Assembly (NCBI GenBank): GCA_903828805.1 | Contig: CAIKNO010000330.1 | Location: 1,096 to 65,095 of the forward strand | From: an uncultured Sandaracinus sp. | Lineage (GTDB): Bacteria; Myxococcota_A; Polyangia; Polyangiales; Sandaracinaceae | DNA length: 64,000 nucleotides | Reading direction: 5' to 3' | Shown: one piece after another, positions 45,282 to 54,836 of the stretch | How the letters are laid out: every line of letters starts with the position of its first letter | How positions within the stretch are numbered: the first letter of the stretch is position 1 | Program-made: the position numbers and the translations under genes | Notes under the pieces: generated by a model | What the model was told of the DNA's origin: nothing | The model's input: only the letters and a program-made list of their open reading frames with translations | The model's database searches: none

Positions 45282-46694
45282 TCAGATCAGCAGGCCCGCG
45301 ATGCACGCGGTCATGTTGCTCGCGAGCATGCCGCCGAGCATCGCGCGGAAGCCGAGGCGGGCGAGGTCGGCGCGGCGCTCGGGCGCCATCGCCCCGATGC
45401 CGCCGATCTGGATGGCGATCGACCCGAAGTTCGCGAACCCGCAGAGCGCGTAGCTGGTGATCACCGCCGCGCGCGCCGACATCGGGTGGGCGCTCTCGAG
45501 GTCGGTCGAGAGATGCAGGAAGGCCACGAACTCGTTGAGGACGGTCTTCTCGCCGAGCAGCGTCGCGACCGCGGTGCAGTCGGACCACGGGACCCCCATC
45601 GCGAGCGCAAAGGGCCAGAACACCCACCCGAGCACGCGCTGGATCGACATCGGGTGCCACACGTCCAGCCCCGTGATCCCCGCGCTGCGCGCCTGCTCGA
45701 GGCACGTGACGAGCGCCTCGCCGCGCGGCGCCGCGCACCCCTCGGGCAGGGCCGTGCCCGCCCGATGGAGCCCCGACAGAGCGCGCTCCCACAGCGCGCC
45801 GTTGTGCCACTCCGCGGGCCAGCCGAGGAGCGCGTTCGCCATCGCGACGAGCGCGATGAATGCGATGAGCATCGCGGCGACGTTGAGGGCGAGCTGCAAG
45901 CCCTCCGACGCGCCCGCGGCCGCGGCGTCGACGAGGTTCGCGTGGAGCTGGGCGCGCGGCATCTCGAGCGAGCCCGCCGTCCTCGGCGTCTCGGTCTCGG
46001 GGACCATCACCTTGGCGATGAGCAACGACGAAGGCGCGCTCATCACCGAGCACGCGAGCAGGTGCCCCGCGATGTCGGGGAAGTGGTCGTGCAGCAGCCC
46101 CACGTACGCCGCGAGCACGCCGCCGGCGACCGACGCGAACCCGCCCACCATGATCGCCATCAGCTCCGAGCGCGTCATCGTCGCGACGAACGGCTTCACG
46201 ACCAGCGGCGCCTCGGTCTGTCCGACGAAGATGTTGGCGGCGGCCGACAGCGTCTCGGCGCCCGAGGTCCGCATCGTGCGCTGCATGGCCCACGCGAAGC
46301 CCCGCACGATGCCCTGCATCAGGCCGAGGTGGTAGAGCACCGTCATCAACGTCGAGAAGAAGATGATCGTCGGCAGCACGTTGAGCGCGACGGTGAAGTG
46401 GTCGTCGAGGTAGTCGCCGAACAGGAACCGACTCCCCTCGTTGGTGAAGTCCAGCAAGCGCACGAACGCGTCGTTGAGCGCCGCGAAGAGCCACATGCCG
46501 GCCGAGGTCTTGAGGACCACGACCCCGAACGCCAGCTGCAGTCCGGTCCCCCAGAGCACGATGCGCGTCGGGAAGGCGCGGCGGTTCGTGGAGAAGGCCC
46601 ACGCCACCGCGATCATGAAGCCGAGGCCGAGGAACGAGACGGCCCGGAGCCACCAGGGCACCGAGGTGGAAGCGAGCGCGTCGACGGGGTTCAC
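45282..46694 (-). CDS. nupC: Concentrative nucleoside transporter (CNT/NupC family)
   Basis: LPTIIFFS, AANIFVGQTEAPL, GFASVAGGVL, KTVLNEFVAF, YALCGFANFGSIAIQIGG. Confidence 0.92.
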   Translation of the reverse strand: MNPVDALASTSVPWWLRAVSFLGLGFMIAVAWAFSTNRRAFPTRIVLWGTGLQLAFGVVVLKTSAGMWLFAALNDAFVRLLDFTNEGSRFLFGDYLDDHFTVALNVLPTIIFFSTLMTVLYHLGLMQGIVRGFAWAMQRTMRTSGAETLSAAANIFVGQTEAPLVVKPFVATMTRSELMAIMVGGFASVAGGVLAAYVGLLHDHFPDIAGHLLACSVMSAPSSLLIAKVMVPETETPRTAGSLEMPRAQLHANLVDAAAAGASEGLQLALNVAAMLIAFIALVAMANALLGWPAEWHNGALWERALSGLHRAGTALPEGCAAPRGEALVTCLEQARSAGITGLDVWHPMSIQRVLGWVFWPFALAMGVPWSDCTAVATLLGEKTVLNEFVAFLHLSTDLESAHPMSARAAVITSYALCGFANFGSIAIQIGGIGAMAPERRADLARLGFRAMLGGMLASNMTACIAGLLI

Positions 46695-46727
46695 GGTCCG
46701 CAGGAGAGCACGGAAGGGGCCGCAGCG

Positions 46728-48041
46728 TCACGCGTGCGCCGCGCGGCGCTCGGAGGGCGGCGAGGCCCGCCGCGACAGCCACGCCCAAGGCGTCCGATCC
46801 GCGCCCGCGGACCGCCCGTCGTGCACGCCGAGCGCGAGCCACGCGCAACTGAAGCGCCCGAGCGCCGAGGCGAGGAAGAGGGGCGTGAGGTCGGCCCCCG
46901 GACCCCCGAGCGCCGACGCGAGCTGGCCCGCGAGCAGCGTCGACATCGAGAAGCCGATCCCGGCCGCCATCGCGAAGAGGGCGAGGTAGTAAGGACGCCG
47001 CGCCGGCGTCGCGATCCCCAGCGGCAGCTGGAACGCCGCGATCCCGTGGCCTCCCCAGACGCACCCGGAGATCATCGAGTCGAGCACCAGCGGCCAGAGG
47101 TTCGCGGGCGACGTGATGCACCACAGCAGCGGCATCACCGACACCCCCGCCGAGCAGAGGACGAGCACGGGCCGCGCGCCGACGCGGTCCACCACCCGCC
47201 CCCACGCGGGCGAGCAGAGCGCCCGCATCAGGGCGATGCCGAGCGTGTGCGCGGCGAGCACGAAGAACCCGGCGTGCAGGGTGCCGAGCACGTGGACCGA
47301 GAAGAACGCCGCGCCGGGGGCGACCGCGATCCCCCACGCGAGCTGGTAGACGAGCAAGCCCCGGGCGCGCGGATCGCGCAGGGCCTCGAGGTATCCGCCG
47401 AGCGAGGGGCGGGCCCTTGGGACGGCCGGCGCGAGCTGCCGCGCGAGCAGCACGCAAGACACGACCCCGCTGACGCAGACGAGGCCCGCGATCGCCGGCA
47501 GCGTCAGGGCGCGGGGCCACGCGCTCTCGAGGACCGAGGCGCTGAGCAGCGACGCCGCCGACGCCCCGAACATCACCCGCACCGAGCGTGCCCCGAAGAA
47601 GCGACCCCGGAGCGAGGACGGCACGACGTCCCCCATCCATGCGCTCCACGCGTTCTGACCGACGACCTGCAAGGCGGCCGAGCACGCGGTCACGAAGAGC
47701 AGCAGGCGCAGACGCGACGCCGCGTCCATTCCGAAGAGCGGCGAGAGCGCCATCGGCAACCACGCGAGCCGCGCGGAGGTCAGCGCGAGCACGGCGAGGC
47801 GCTTTCGCCCGACCCACTCGGTGAGGAGGCCCGACGGGCCGTGCAGGACGTGGGCCCCCATCGTCAGCCCGTGCAGCGCGGCGAGTTCCGTCGCGTTCGC
47901 CCCGAGGAAGAACCCCCACGCCGTGAGCATCGAGCCGGAGGCCAGCACGCCCCAGGTCTCGGACACTCCGCCCTCCACGATCGACGCCCGGAGGGAGCGC
48001 CGCAGGGGCGTGTCGCGCGGGCGGGCGTGGGAGTTCTGCAT
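46728..48041 (-). CDS. MFS transporter
   Basis: About 12 TM; WMGDVVPSSLRGRFFG, WGRVVDRVGARPVL. Confidence 0.85.
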   Translation of the reverse strand: MQNSHARPRDTPLRRSLRASIVEGGVSETWGVLASGSMLTAWGFFLGANATELAALHGLTMGAHVLHGPSGLLTEWVGRKRLAVLALTSARLAWLPMALSPLFGMDAASRLRLLLFVTACSAALQVVGQNAWSAWMGDVVPSSLRGRFFGARSVRVMFGASAASLLSASVLESAWPRALTLPAIAGLVCVSGVVSCVLLARQLAPAVPRARPSLGGYLEALRDPRARGLLVYQLAWGIAVAPGAAFFSVHVLGTLHAGFFVLAAHTLGIALMRALCSPAWGRVVDRVGARPVLVLCSAGVSVMPLLWCITSPANLWPLVLDSMISGCVWGGHGIAAFQLPLGIATPARRPYYLALFAMAAGIGFSMSTLLAGQLASALGGPGADLTPLFLASALGRFSCAWLALGVHDGRSAGADRTPWAWLSRRASPPSERRAAHA

Positions 48042-48141
48042 GGCGAGGCTCGGCCGGTGCGGAATCGTTCGGAGCCTGGGCCATCGCGCGCGGGCGCGCC
48101 AGAGAACGGCAGGCCCCGATTTCGGTATGATGCGCGGCCCC

Positions 48142-49929
48142 ATGGAGGACCGCGTGGCCGACACGATCCCGAAGCGACTCTTCGAACAAGCCGTCCAGCG
48201 TCCCGAGCAGGCCGCCTACCACGTCAAGGAGAACGGTCTGTGGAGGGCCACGGGCTGGGAGGCCTACGCGAAGGAGGTCATGCAGGCCGCACGGGCGCTC
48301 GTCTCGCTCGGTTTCCAGCCCGGGGATCGGGTCTGCATCCTCGGCTTCAACCGGCCCGAGTGGACCATCCTCGACCTCGCGGCGATGGCCGCCGGCGGGG
48401 CCTGCGCCGGCATCTACACCACCTGCTCGCCGGAGGAGGTCCAGTACATCGTCCACCACGCGGGGGCCCACCTCATCCTCGTCGAGAACGAGGCGCAGGC
48501 GAGCAAGGTCGCGGCCCAGCGCGCGCATCTGCCCGCGCTGCTGCACGTCGTCGGGATGCGCGGTCCGCGCGTCGCGGGCGTCATGTCGTGGGAGGACTTC
48601 CTCGCGCGCGGGGAAGCGACGCCGGCGTCGGAGGTCCGCGCGCGGATCGAAGCGCTCGAGCCTTCGGGGCTCGCGACGTTGATCTACACGTCGGGCACGA
48701 CCGGTCCGCCGAAGGCCGTGATGCTCAGCCACCAGAACCTCGCGTGGACCGCGAAGCAGCTCTGCGAGGTGACGGAGATGGCGCCGGGCGGTCGCGGCCT
48801 GAGCTACCTGCCGCTCTCCCACATCGCCGAGCAGATGACGTCGATCCACGGTCCCGTCACGAGCGGCGGCGCGGTGTACTTCGCCGAGTCCATCGACAAG
48901 GTGCCGGAGAACCTGAAGGAGGTGCGGCCCACGATCTTCTTCGGCGTGCCCCGCATCTGGGAGAAGTTCCACGCGGCCATCGCCGGGAAGATGAAGACCG
49001 CGACCGGGAACAAGGCGCGCCTGCTCGCGTGGGCGCGCAAAGTCGGGGCCGAGGTGAGCGCGCAGCGGAACGCCGGCAAGGAGCCGGGGGCCTTGCTCGC
49101 GGCGCAGCATAGGCTCGCGTCACGGCTGGTCTTCACCCCGCTCAAGCAGCTGATCGGGCTGGACCACGCGCTGGTGATGGTGAGCGGCGCGGCCCCGATC
49201 GCCCGCGAGATCATCGAGTTCTTCGCGAGCCTCGATCTGCGGGTGCAGGAGATCTACGGCCAGAGCGAGGACTCGGGCCCGACGACCTTCAACCTCAAGC
49301 ATGCGACGCGCTTCGGCACCGTGGGCGTCCCGATGCGGGGCGTGAAGGTCGTGATCGCCGAGGACGGGGAGATCCTCGTGAAGGGCCCGAACGTCTTCCT
49401 CGGCTACTACGCCGACGAGGAGGCGACCCGACAGGCCCTCGACGCCGACGGATTCCTGCATTCCGGCGATCTCGGGGCGTTCGACGCCCAGGGGTTCCTC
49501 ACCATCACCGGCCGCAAGAAGGACATCCTCATCACGGCGGGCGGCAAGAACATCACGCCCAAGAACATCGAGAGCGCGGTGAAGAACCATCCGCTCGTCG
49601 GCGAGGCGGTCCTGATCGGGGACCGCCGCAAGTACCTCACGATGCTCGTGACCCTCGACCCCGACGCGAGCGCGGCGTGGATGAGCGAGCGCGGCCTCTC
49701 GTCGAGCCCGCCCGCGGAGCCGTCGATCCGACAGGCGATCCAGGGGCAGATCGACGCGGTGAACGAGAAGCTCGCGCGGGTCGAGCAGGTGAAGAAATTC
49801 ACCGTGCTGCCGAGGGCGTTCGGGATCGAGACCGGCGAGTTGACCCCGACGCTCAAGGTGAAGCGCAGCGTGGTGAACCAGAACTTCGCCGCCGAGATCG
49901 AGGCGATGTACGAGGGCGCTCAGGACTGA
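48142..49929 (+). CDS. Long-chain fatty acyl-CoA synthetase (AMP-binding, FadD15-like)
   Basis: IYTSGTTGPPKAVM, SYLPLSHIAE, YGQSE, LHSGDLG, GRKKD, ELTPTLKVKR. GTG 48154 after GGAGG is an alternative start. Confidence 0.93.
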   Translation: MEDRVADTIPKRLFEQAVQRPEQAAYHVKENGLWRATGWEAYAKEVMQAARALVSLGFQPGDRVCILGFNRPEWTILDLAAMAAGGACAGIYTTCSPEEVQYIVHHAGAHLILVENEAQASKVAAQRAHLPALLHVVGMRGPRVAGVMSWEDFLARGEATPASEVRARIEALEPSGLATLIYTSGTTGPPKAVMLSHQNLAWTAKQLCEVTEMAPGGRGLSYLPLSHIAEQMTSIHGPVTSGGAVYFAESIDKVPENLKEVRPTIFFGVPRIWEKFHAAIAGKMKTATGNKARLLAWARKVGAEVSAQRNAGKEPGALLAAQHRLASRLVFTPLKQLIGLDHALVMVSGAAPIAREIIEFFASLDLRVQEIYGQSEDSGPTTFNLKHATRFGTVGVPMRGVKVVIAEDGEILVKGPNVFLGYYADEEATRQALDADGFLHSGDLGAFDAQGFLTITGRKKDILITAGGKNITPKNIESAVKNHPLVGEAVLIGDRRKYLTMLVTLDPDASAAWMSERGLSSSPPAEPSIRQAIQGQIDAVNEKLARVEQVKKFTVLPRAFGIETGELTPTLKVKRSVVNQNFAAEIEAMYEGAQD

Positions 49930-50019
49930 GGGCCCGCGCGGCGAGCACGGAGGCGAGGCGGCGAGGACGGTCGCCACGCGCCGCGCACGGGCGGCGCGAA
50001 GGTGGGCACGGGCGGCGAC

Positions 50020-50934
50020 TCAGTAGCGCTCGACGTCGGGATCGACGCGCTGCGACCACTCGTCGATCCCGCCCTCGACGTTCCACACGTCCGAGAACCC
50101 GAGGCGCAGGCAGTGCTCGGCGGCGCTGCGGCTGCGCACGCCGTGGTGGCAGTAGAGGACGAGCGTCGTCGCGCGGTCGAGCTCGGTGAGCCGGGCGCGG
50201 AACGCCTCGTCGAGCAGCTCGCTGCCCTCGATGTGGGCGATGGCCCGCTCCCCCTTGGTCCGCACGTCGAGCAGCAGGTGGGGCTTGCCGCCCTTGCGCA
50301 TGCGGTCGAGCTGGGCGACCGAGAGGCTCTTCACCTTGGGCGGCGCCATGGGGTTCTCGATGCGGAAGCCGCTCGCCTCGACGCCCTCGACGAAGTCGAT
50401 GGTGATGCCGTGGGCGCGGCGGGCGCTCGCGCGATCCATCGCGAGGGTCAGCGCCCCGAGATCGAGGACGAGGTCGCCCTTCTCGGGGCCCGCGAGATCG
50501 AGCTCCGTGTCGAACGCGCGGTCGACGACCATGCGGACCTGCGGCCGCTCCACCCCCGCGTACCCGCGCAGCGCGGTGACCGCGGCCTCGGTGATGTGCA
50601 CCTCGGGGGTCTCCGTCGAGAGCGGCCCCGACACGCCCAGCGCGCCCGCGAGCTCGCCCGTGCGGGCCATCTCCGCGAGGATGTCCGCGCCGCCGACGAG
50701 GGTGCCGCGGACGTAGAGCTGCGGCAGCGTGGGCCACTGGCCGAAGTCCTTGATGCCCTCCCGGAGCGCCTCGTCCGCGAGCACGTCCACCGTGAGGTAG
50801 TCCTCGAGGTGCTCGTCGAGCAGGTCGACGACGCGCGCCGAGAACCCGCACGCGGGCGCGCCGCGGTGTCCCTTCATGAAGAGCACGACCGGCTCCTGCC
50901 GGAGGAGGCTCTCGATCCGTGATCGAACGTCCAT
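50020..50934 (-). CDS. grxD: Monothiol glutaredoxin (Grx4) fused to a Cys-less IscA/HesB-like domain and a rhodanese domain
   Basis: VLFMKG..PACGFS, WPTLPQLYV.G..VGG; ITEAA...IDF...GFRIENP; LLDVRT..E, YCHHGVRS, NVEGGIDEW. Confidence 0.88.
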   Translation of the reverse strand: MDVRSRIESLLRQEPVVLFMKGHRGAPACGFSARVVDLLDEHLEDYLTVDVLADEALREGIKDFGQWPTLPQLYVRGTLVGGADILAEMARTGELAGALGVSGPLSTETPEVHITEAAVTALRGYAGVERPQVRMVVDRAFDTELDLAGPEKGDLVLDLGALTLAMDRASARRAHGITIDFVEGVEASGFRIENPMAPPKVKSLSVAQLDRMRKGGKPHLLLDVRTKGERAIAHIEGSELLDEAFRARLTELDRATTLVLYCHHGVRSRSAAEHCLRLGFSDVWNVEGGIDEWSQRVDPDVERY

Positions 50935-50987
50935 GCGGGCCGAAGGGACCACGGAGTGGGGCCCTCCGCAAGCGCCCGCGCGCAAGC

Positions 50988-52547
50988 TCACCAGGGGATC
51001 GGTCGGTAGTCCTTCAGGAAGAGGCCGTGGCGGTGCTCGCCGGTCCGGAGCCCGTCGAAGATCGGGTCGACGATGCGGGCCGCACCGTCGACGGCGTCGA
51101 GCGGCGGGTGGAAGCCATGCTCCTCGACCTTGCGCGCCGCGATCTCGGCCGGATCCTCGTCGGTGATCCAGCCGGTGTCCACGCTGTTCATGTGGATGCC
51201 GTCCTTCACGTAGTCCGCCGCGGAGGTGCGCGTCATCATGTTGAGCGCGGCCTTGGCCATGTTCGTGTGGGGGTGGCGGTCGGTCTTGAACGCCCGGTAG
51301 AACTGGCCCTCCATCGCGCTGACGTTGACGATGTGCTTGTCGCGCGAGGGCACGCGGAGCATCAGCGGCTTGAGGCGCGCGTTGAGCACGAAGGGCGCGA
51401 CCGCGTTCACGAGCTGCACCTCGAGGAGCTCGACGCTCGGCACCTCGTCGAGGGCGAGGCGCCAGCTGTTGCGGCCCCGCAGGTCGACCTGCTGCAGGTC
51501 GGCGTCGAGCGCGCCCTCGGGGAAGAGCTGCAGATCCCGGCCCTGATCCTCGGGCAGCAGCGCGAGCTGGGAGAGCGCCGCGGGATCGGTGAGGCCGGCC
51601 TCGCGGGCCTGCTGCATCCGCGCCTCGAGCGACGACGACGACGACGACGACCCCTTCCCCGACGCCAGCTGCGGCGCGCTCCGCCGGCGCGCCTCCCAGT
51701 GGGCGAGCAAGGGGCGGGCACGCTCGGGCACGTGCTCGCCGGCCTCGGCGGCCATCAGGTGCGCGTAGAACCCCGAGGGGCGCCGCACGGTCTGGCACGC
51801 GTTGTTGAGGATGAAGTCGAGCCGCGGCAGCGTGGTCAGCATCTGCTGGCAGAACGCCTCGACGCTCGGGGTGTGGCGCAGGTCGAGGCCGTGCACCTCG
51901 AGCCGGCCGCCCCACGCGTCGAAGTCGTCCTCGCGGGCGAAGCGGGCCGCCGCGTCCCGCGGGAAACGCGTGGTGACCACCACGTGCGCGCCCGCGCGCA
52001 GCAGCTTGATCGCGGCGTGGTAACCGATCTTCACCCGCGCGCCGGTGATGACCGCGACGCGCCCGCGCAGGTCGGCGGTCTGGTTGCGCCGGGTCCAGTT
52101 GAACTCCGCGCAGGGACCGCACATCTGGTCGTAGAACGGGTGGACCGTGCGGAATTCCGCCTTGCAGATGTAGCACTTGCGCGCGTCGAGGAGCTCCGGG
52201 GGCGGCCCCTCGGGGGCCTCCGGCGTGTGACCCGGCAGCAGCTGGGGCGGCGTCACGAAGATGGTCGCCCGGCGCAGCGTGCGGATCCCGGTGGTCTCGA
52301 GCACCTGGTCGTCGGCCTTGCGGCGGTCGGTCTTCTCCTTGCGGCGGAACTCCTTGGCGAGCTTCCGCATCGACGCGCGGTCGGGCCGCGACACGAGGCC
52401 GGCGGCGCGCAGGACGCGCATCCGCGTCTCCTCGTCGAGCTCTGCGAGCAGCCCGCGGTCCGCGACGAGGGCCTCGAGGCCCTCGATCACCGCGGGGATG
52501 CGGTCCAGGAACGCATCGCGCCCCAACCCTTCGGTCTTCGTGTCCAT
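50988..52547 (-). CDS. SDR-family oxidoreductase with N-terminal Cys4 zinc-ribbon-like region
   Basis: CYICK...MCGPC; ITGARVKIG; NNACQT; NVSAMEG; HTNMAKAALNM; VDTGW. Confidence 0.88.
   Translation of the reverse strand: MDTKTEGLGRDAFLDRIPAVIEGLEALVADRGLLAELDEETRMRVLRAAGLVSRPDRASMRKLAKEFRRKEKTDRRKADDQVLETTGIRTLRRATIFVTPPQLLPGHTPEAPEGPPPELLDARKCYICKAEFRTVHPFYDQMCGPCAEFNWTRRNQTADLRGRVAVITGARVKIGYHAAIKLLRAGAHVVVTTRFPRDAAARFAREDDFDAWGGRLEVHGLDLRHTPSVEAFCQQMLTTLPRLDFILNNACQTVRRPSGFYAHLMAAEAGEHVPERARPLLAHWEARRRSAPQLASGKGSSSSSSSLEARMQQAREAGLTDPAALSQLALLPEDQGRDLQLFPEGALDADLQQVDLRGRNSWRLALDEVPSVELLEVQLVNAVAPFVLNARLKPLMLRVPSRDKHIVNVSAMEGQFYRAFKTDRHPHTNMAKAALNMMTRTSAADYVKDGIHMNSVDTGWITDEDPAEIAARKVEEHGFHPPLDAVDGAARIVDPIFDGLRTGEHRHGLFLKDYRPIPW
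51631..51651. repeat. (GAC)7 trinucleotide run encoding poly-Ser in the SDR gene
   Basis: GACGACGACGACGACGACGAC read directly. Confidence 0.85.
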
Positions 52548-52643
52548 CGGGGGGGCGCTGTAGCACGGGCACTCCGCAGCGACAGGACGCCGGAGGCCGC
52601 GCGAGGCTTGCACGCCCCCGCGGGCCACCGGATGCTCCCGCGC

Positions 52644-53180
52644 ATGGGCCTCATGACGCAGCTTCAATCCGTCCTCCGCTTCGACGCGGAGCAGCGCGGC
52701 AACCCGATCCGACGCGCGTGGGACCGCCTGTCGGAGCAGCCGTTCGGAACCCGGCTCTTCAGCCTCTTCGTGGGCCGCGCGGCCCCCTACACCGGCTCGA
52801 TCGACGCGCACGTCGTCGAGCTCCGCGAGGGCTACGCGAAGGTGCTGCTCGCCGACAAGCCGAGCGTGCGCAACCACCTCCGCTGCGTGCACGCCATCGC
52901 CCTGGCGAACCTCGCCGAGCTCTGCGGCAACGTCGCGGTCGCGTACGCCCTCCCCGACGACGCGCGCTTCATCGTCGCGGGCATGTCGATCGAGTACCTC
53001 AAGAAGGCCCGGGGAACGATCACGGCCGAGAGCCGTCCGCCCGTCCTGTCGTCGAGCGCCCGGGCGGAGCACGCGGTGCACGTGGAAATGACCAACGCCG
53101 AGGGCGAGGTCGTGGCCCGCGCGACGCTGCGCACGCTGATCGGACCCAAGCGCGAGGCGAAGGGCGAGCGACCCTCGTGA
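52644..53180 (+). CDS. DUF4442 / hotdog-fold thioesterase
   Basis: APYTGSI, RNHLRCVHAIALANLAE, IEYLKKARG. Confidence 0.85.
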   Translation: MGLMTQLQSVLRFDAEQRGNPIRRAWDRLSEQPFGTRLFSLFVGRAAPYTGSIDAHVVELREGYAKVLLADKPSVRNHLRCVHAIALANLAELCGNVAVAYALPDDARFIVAGMSIEYLKKARGTITAESRPPVLSSSARAEHAVHVEMTNAEGEVVARATLRTLIGPKREAKGERPS

Positions 53181-54832
53181 AGATCGCGCTGGTCCAGCTC
53201 AACCCCACCGTCGGCGACCTGGCCGGCAACGCCGCGGCGATCGTCGCGCACGCCCGCAGGGCCCATGACGAGGGCGCACGCGTCGCGTTCTTCGCCGAGC
53301 TCGCCGTGACCGGGTACGGCCCGCGGGATCTGCTCGAGCGGCCCGCGTTCCTCGACGCCGTCGAGGCGACGTGCGCGGAGCTCGCGCGCGCCCTGCCGCC
53401 CGCGCTCGTGTGCCTGGTCGGCGCACCGACGCGCACGCACGATCCCATCGGACGGCCGCTGCACAACTCGGTGCTCGTCCTGCGCGACGGCCGGATCGCG
53501 CAGACGATCCACAAGCGCCTGCTGCCGACCTACGACGTGTTCGACGAGGACCGATGGTTCGAGCCCGGCGCAGGCCCCGCGCTCGTCGAGGTCGACGGCA
53601 CCCGGTTCGGGATCACGATCTGCGAGGACGCCTGGAACGACGTCGAGGTCATGCGGGGCAGACGCTACCGCCGCGACCCGGTGGCCGAGGTCGTCGCCGA
53701 GGGCGCCGACGTGATCGTGAACCTCGCGGGCTCGCCCTTCACCCGCGCGAAGCGGGAAGGACGCCCGGCCCTGATGTCCGCCCTCGCCCGCGCGCACGGG
53801 CGCCCCGTCGTGCTCGTCAATCAGGTGGGCGCGCACGACGACCTGATCTTCGACGGCGCCTCGCTCGTGGTCGGGCCGGACGGCGCGGCCTGGGCACGCG
53901 CCGCGGCGTTCGAGGAGGACCTGCTCGTGACCGAGCTCGCCCCCGGCGGCCCCGCGCGGGTGTGGCCCGAGAGCGACGAGGCCGCGGTCCTCGACGCGCT
54001 CGCCCTCGGGGTTCGGGACTACGCCCGCCGATGCGGGCTGAAGAAGGCCATCCTCGGCCTCTCGGGCGGCATCGACAGCGCGCTGGTCGCGTGCATCGCG
54101 GTGCGCGCGCTCGGCCCCGAGAACGTGCTCGGCGTCGGGATGCCGAGCCGCTACTCGTCCGAAGGCTCGGTGCTCGACGCCCGCGCGCTCGCGGAGGCGC
54201 TCGGGATCGCGTTCCAGCTGGTGCCCATCGAGCCCCTCTTCGCCCCCTACGCCGGGGTGCTCGAAGGGCCGCTCGCGGCCCTCGGGCCGACGCCGGCCGA
54301 GGACGTGACGTTCGAGAATCTGCAGGCGCGGCTGCGCATGACGGTGCTGATGGCGCTCGCGAACCGGGCCTCGGCGCTGCTGCTGAACACCGGCAACAAG
54401 AGCGAGATCGCGTGCGGCTACTGCACGCTCTACGGCGACATGGCGGGCGGCCTCTCGGTGCTCGCGGATCTGTTCAAGACCTTCGTCTACCGCGTCTCGC
54501 GCGAGGTCAACCGGCAGGCCGGCCGCGCGGTCATCCCCGAGAGCACGCTGACCAAGCCCCCGAGCGCGGAGCTCCGGCCCGACCAGACCGACCAGGACTC
54601 GTTGCCGCCGTACGACGTGCTCGACGCCATCCTCGAACGGCTCGTCGAAGGGCAGCAGGGGAGCGCCGAGATCGTCGGGCTCGGCTTCGACCCCGCGACC
54701 GTCGCGCACGTCGCGCGGCTCGTGCGGACCATGGAATTCAAGCGACGACAGCTCCCGCCGGGGCTCATCGTGACCGGCAAGGCGTTCGGGCCGGGTCGAC
54801 GCATCCCGGTCGCCCAGCGCTGGGGGTACTGA
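53177..54832 (+). CDS. nadE: Glutamine-dependent NAD+ synthetase
   Basis: Nitrilase domain (QLNPTVGD, KRLLPTYDVFDE, ICED) plus LGLSGGIDS, ENLQARLR, TGNKSE, PSAELRPDQ; GTGA overlap. Confidence 0.96.
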   Translation: MKIALVQLNPTVGDLAGNAAAIVAHARRAHDEGARVAFFAELAVTGYGPRDLLERPAFLDAVEATCAELARALPPALVCLVGAPTRTHDPIGRPLHNSVLVLRDGRIAQTIHKRLLPTYDVFDEDRWFEPGAGPALVEVDGTRFGITICEDAWNDVEVMRGRRYRRDPVAEVVAEGADVIVNLAGSPFTRAKREGRPALMSALARAHGRPVVLVNQVGAHDDLIFDGASLVVGPDGAAWARAAAFEEDLLVTELAPGGPARVWPESDEAAVLDALALGVRDYARRCGLKKAILGLSGGIDSALVACIAVRALGPENVLGVGMPSRYSSEGSVLDARALAEALGIAFQLVPIEPLFAPYAGVLEGPLAALGPTPAEDVTFENLQARLRMTVLMALANRASALLLNTGNKSEIACGYCTLYGDMAGGLSVLADLFKTFVYRVSREVNRQAGRAVIPESTLTKPPSAELRPDQTDQDSLPPYDVLDAILERLVEGQQGSAEIVGLGFDPATVAHVARLVRTMEFKRRQLPPGLIVTGKAFGPGRRIPVAQRWGY

Positions 54833-54836
54833 GCCG

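Noticed and set aside
51631..51651. (GAC)7 as a phase-variation switch
   Set aside because: A trinucleotide unit keeps the frame; it only changes a poly-Ser linker length.
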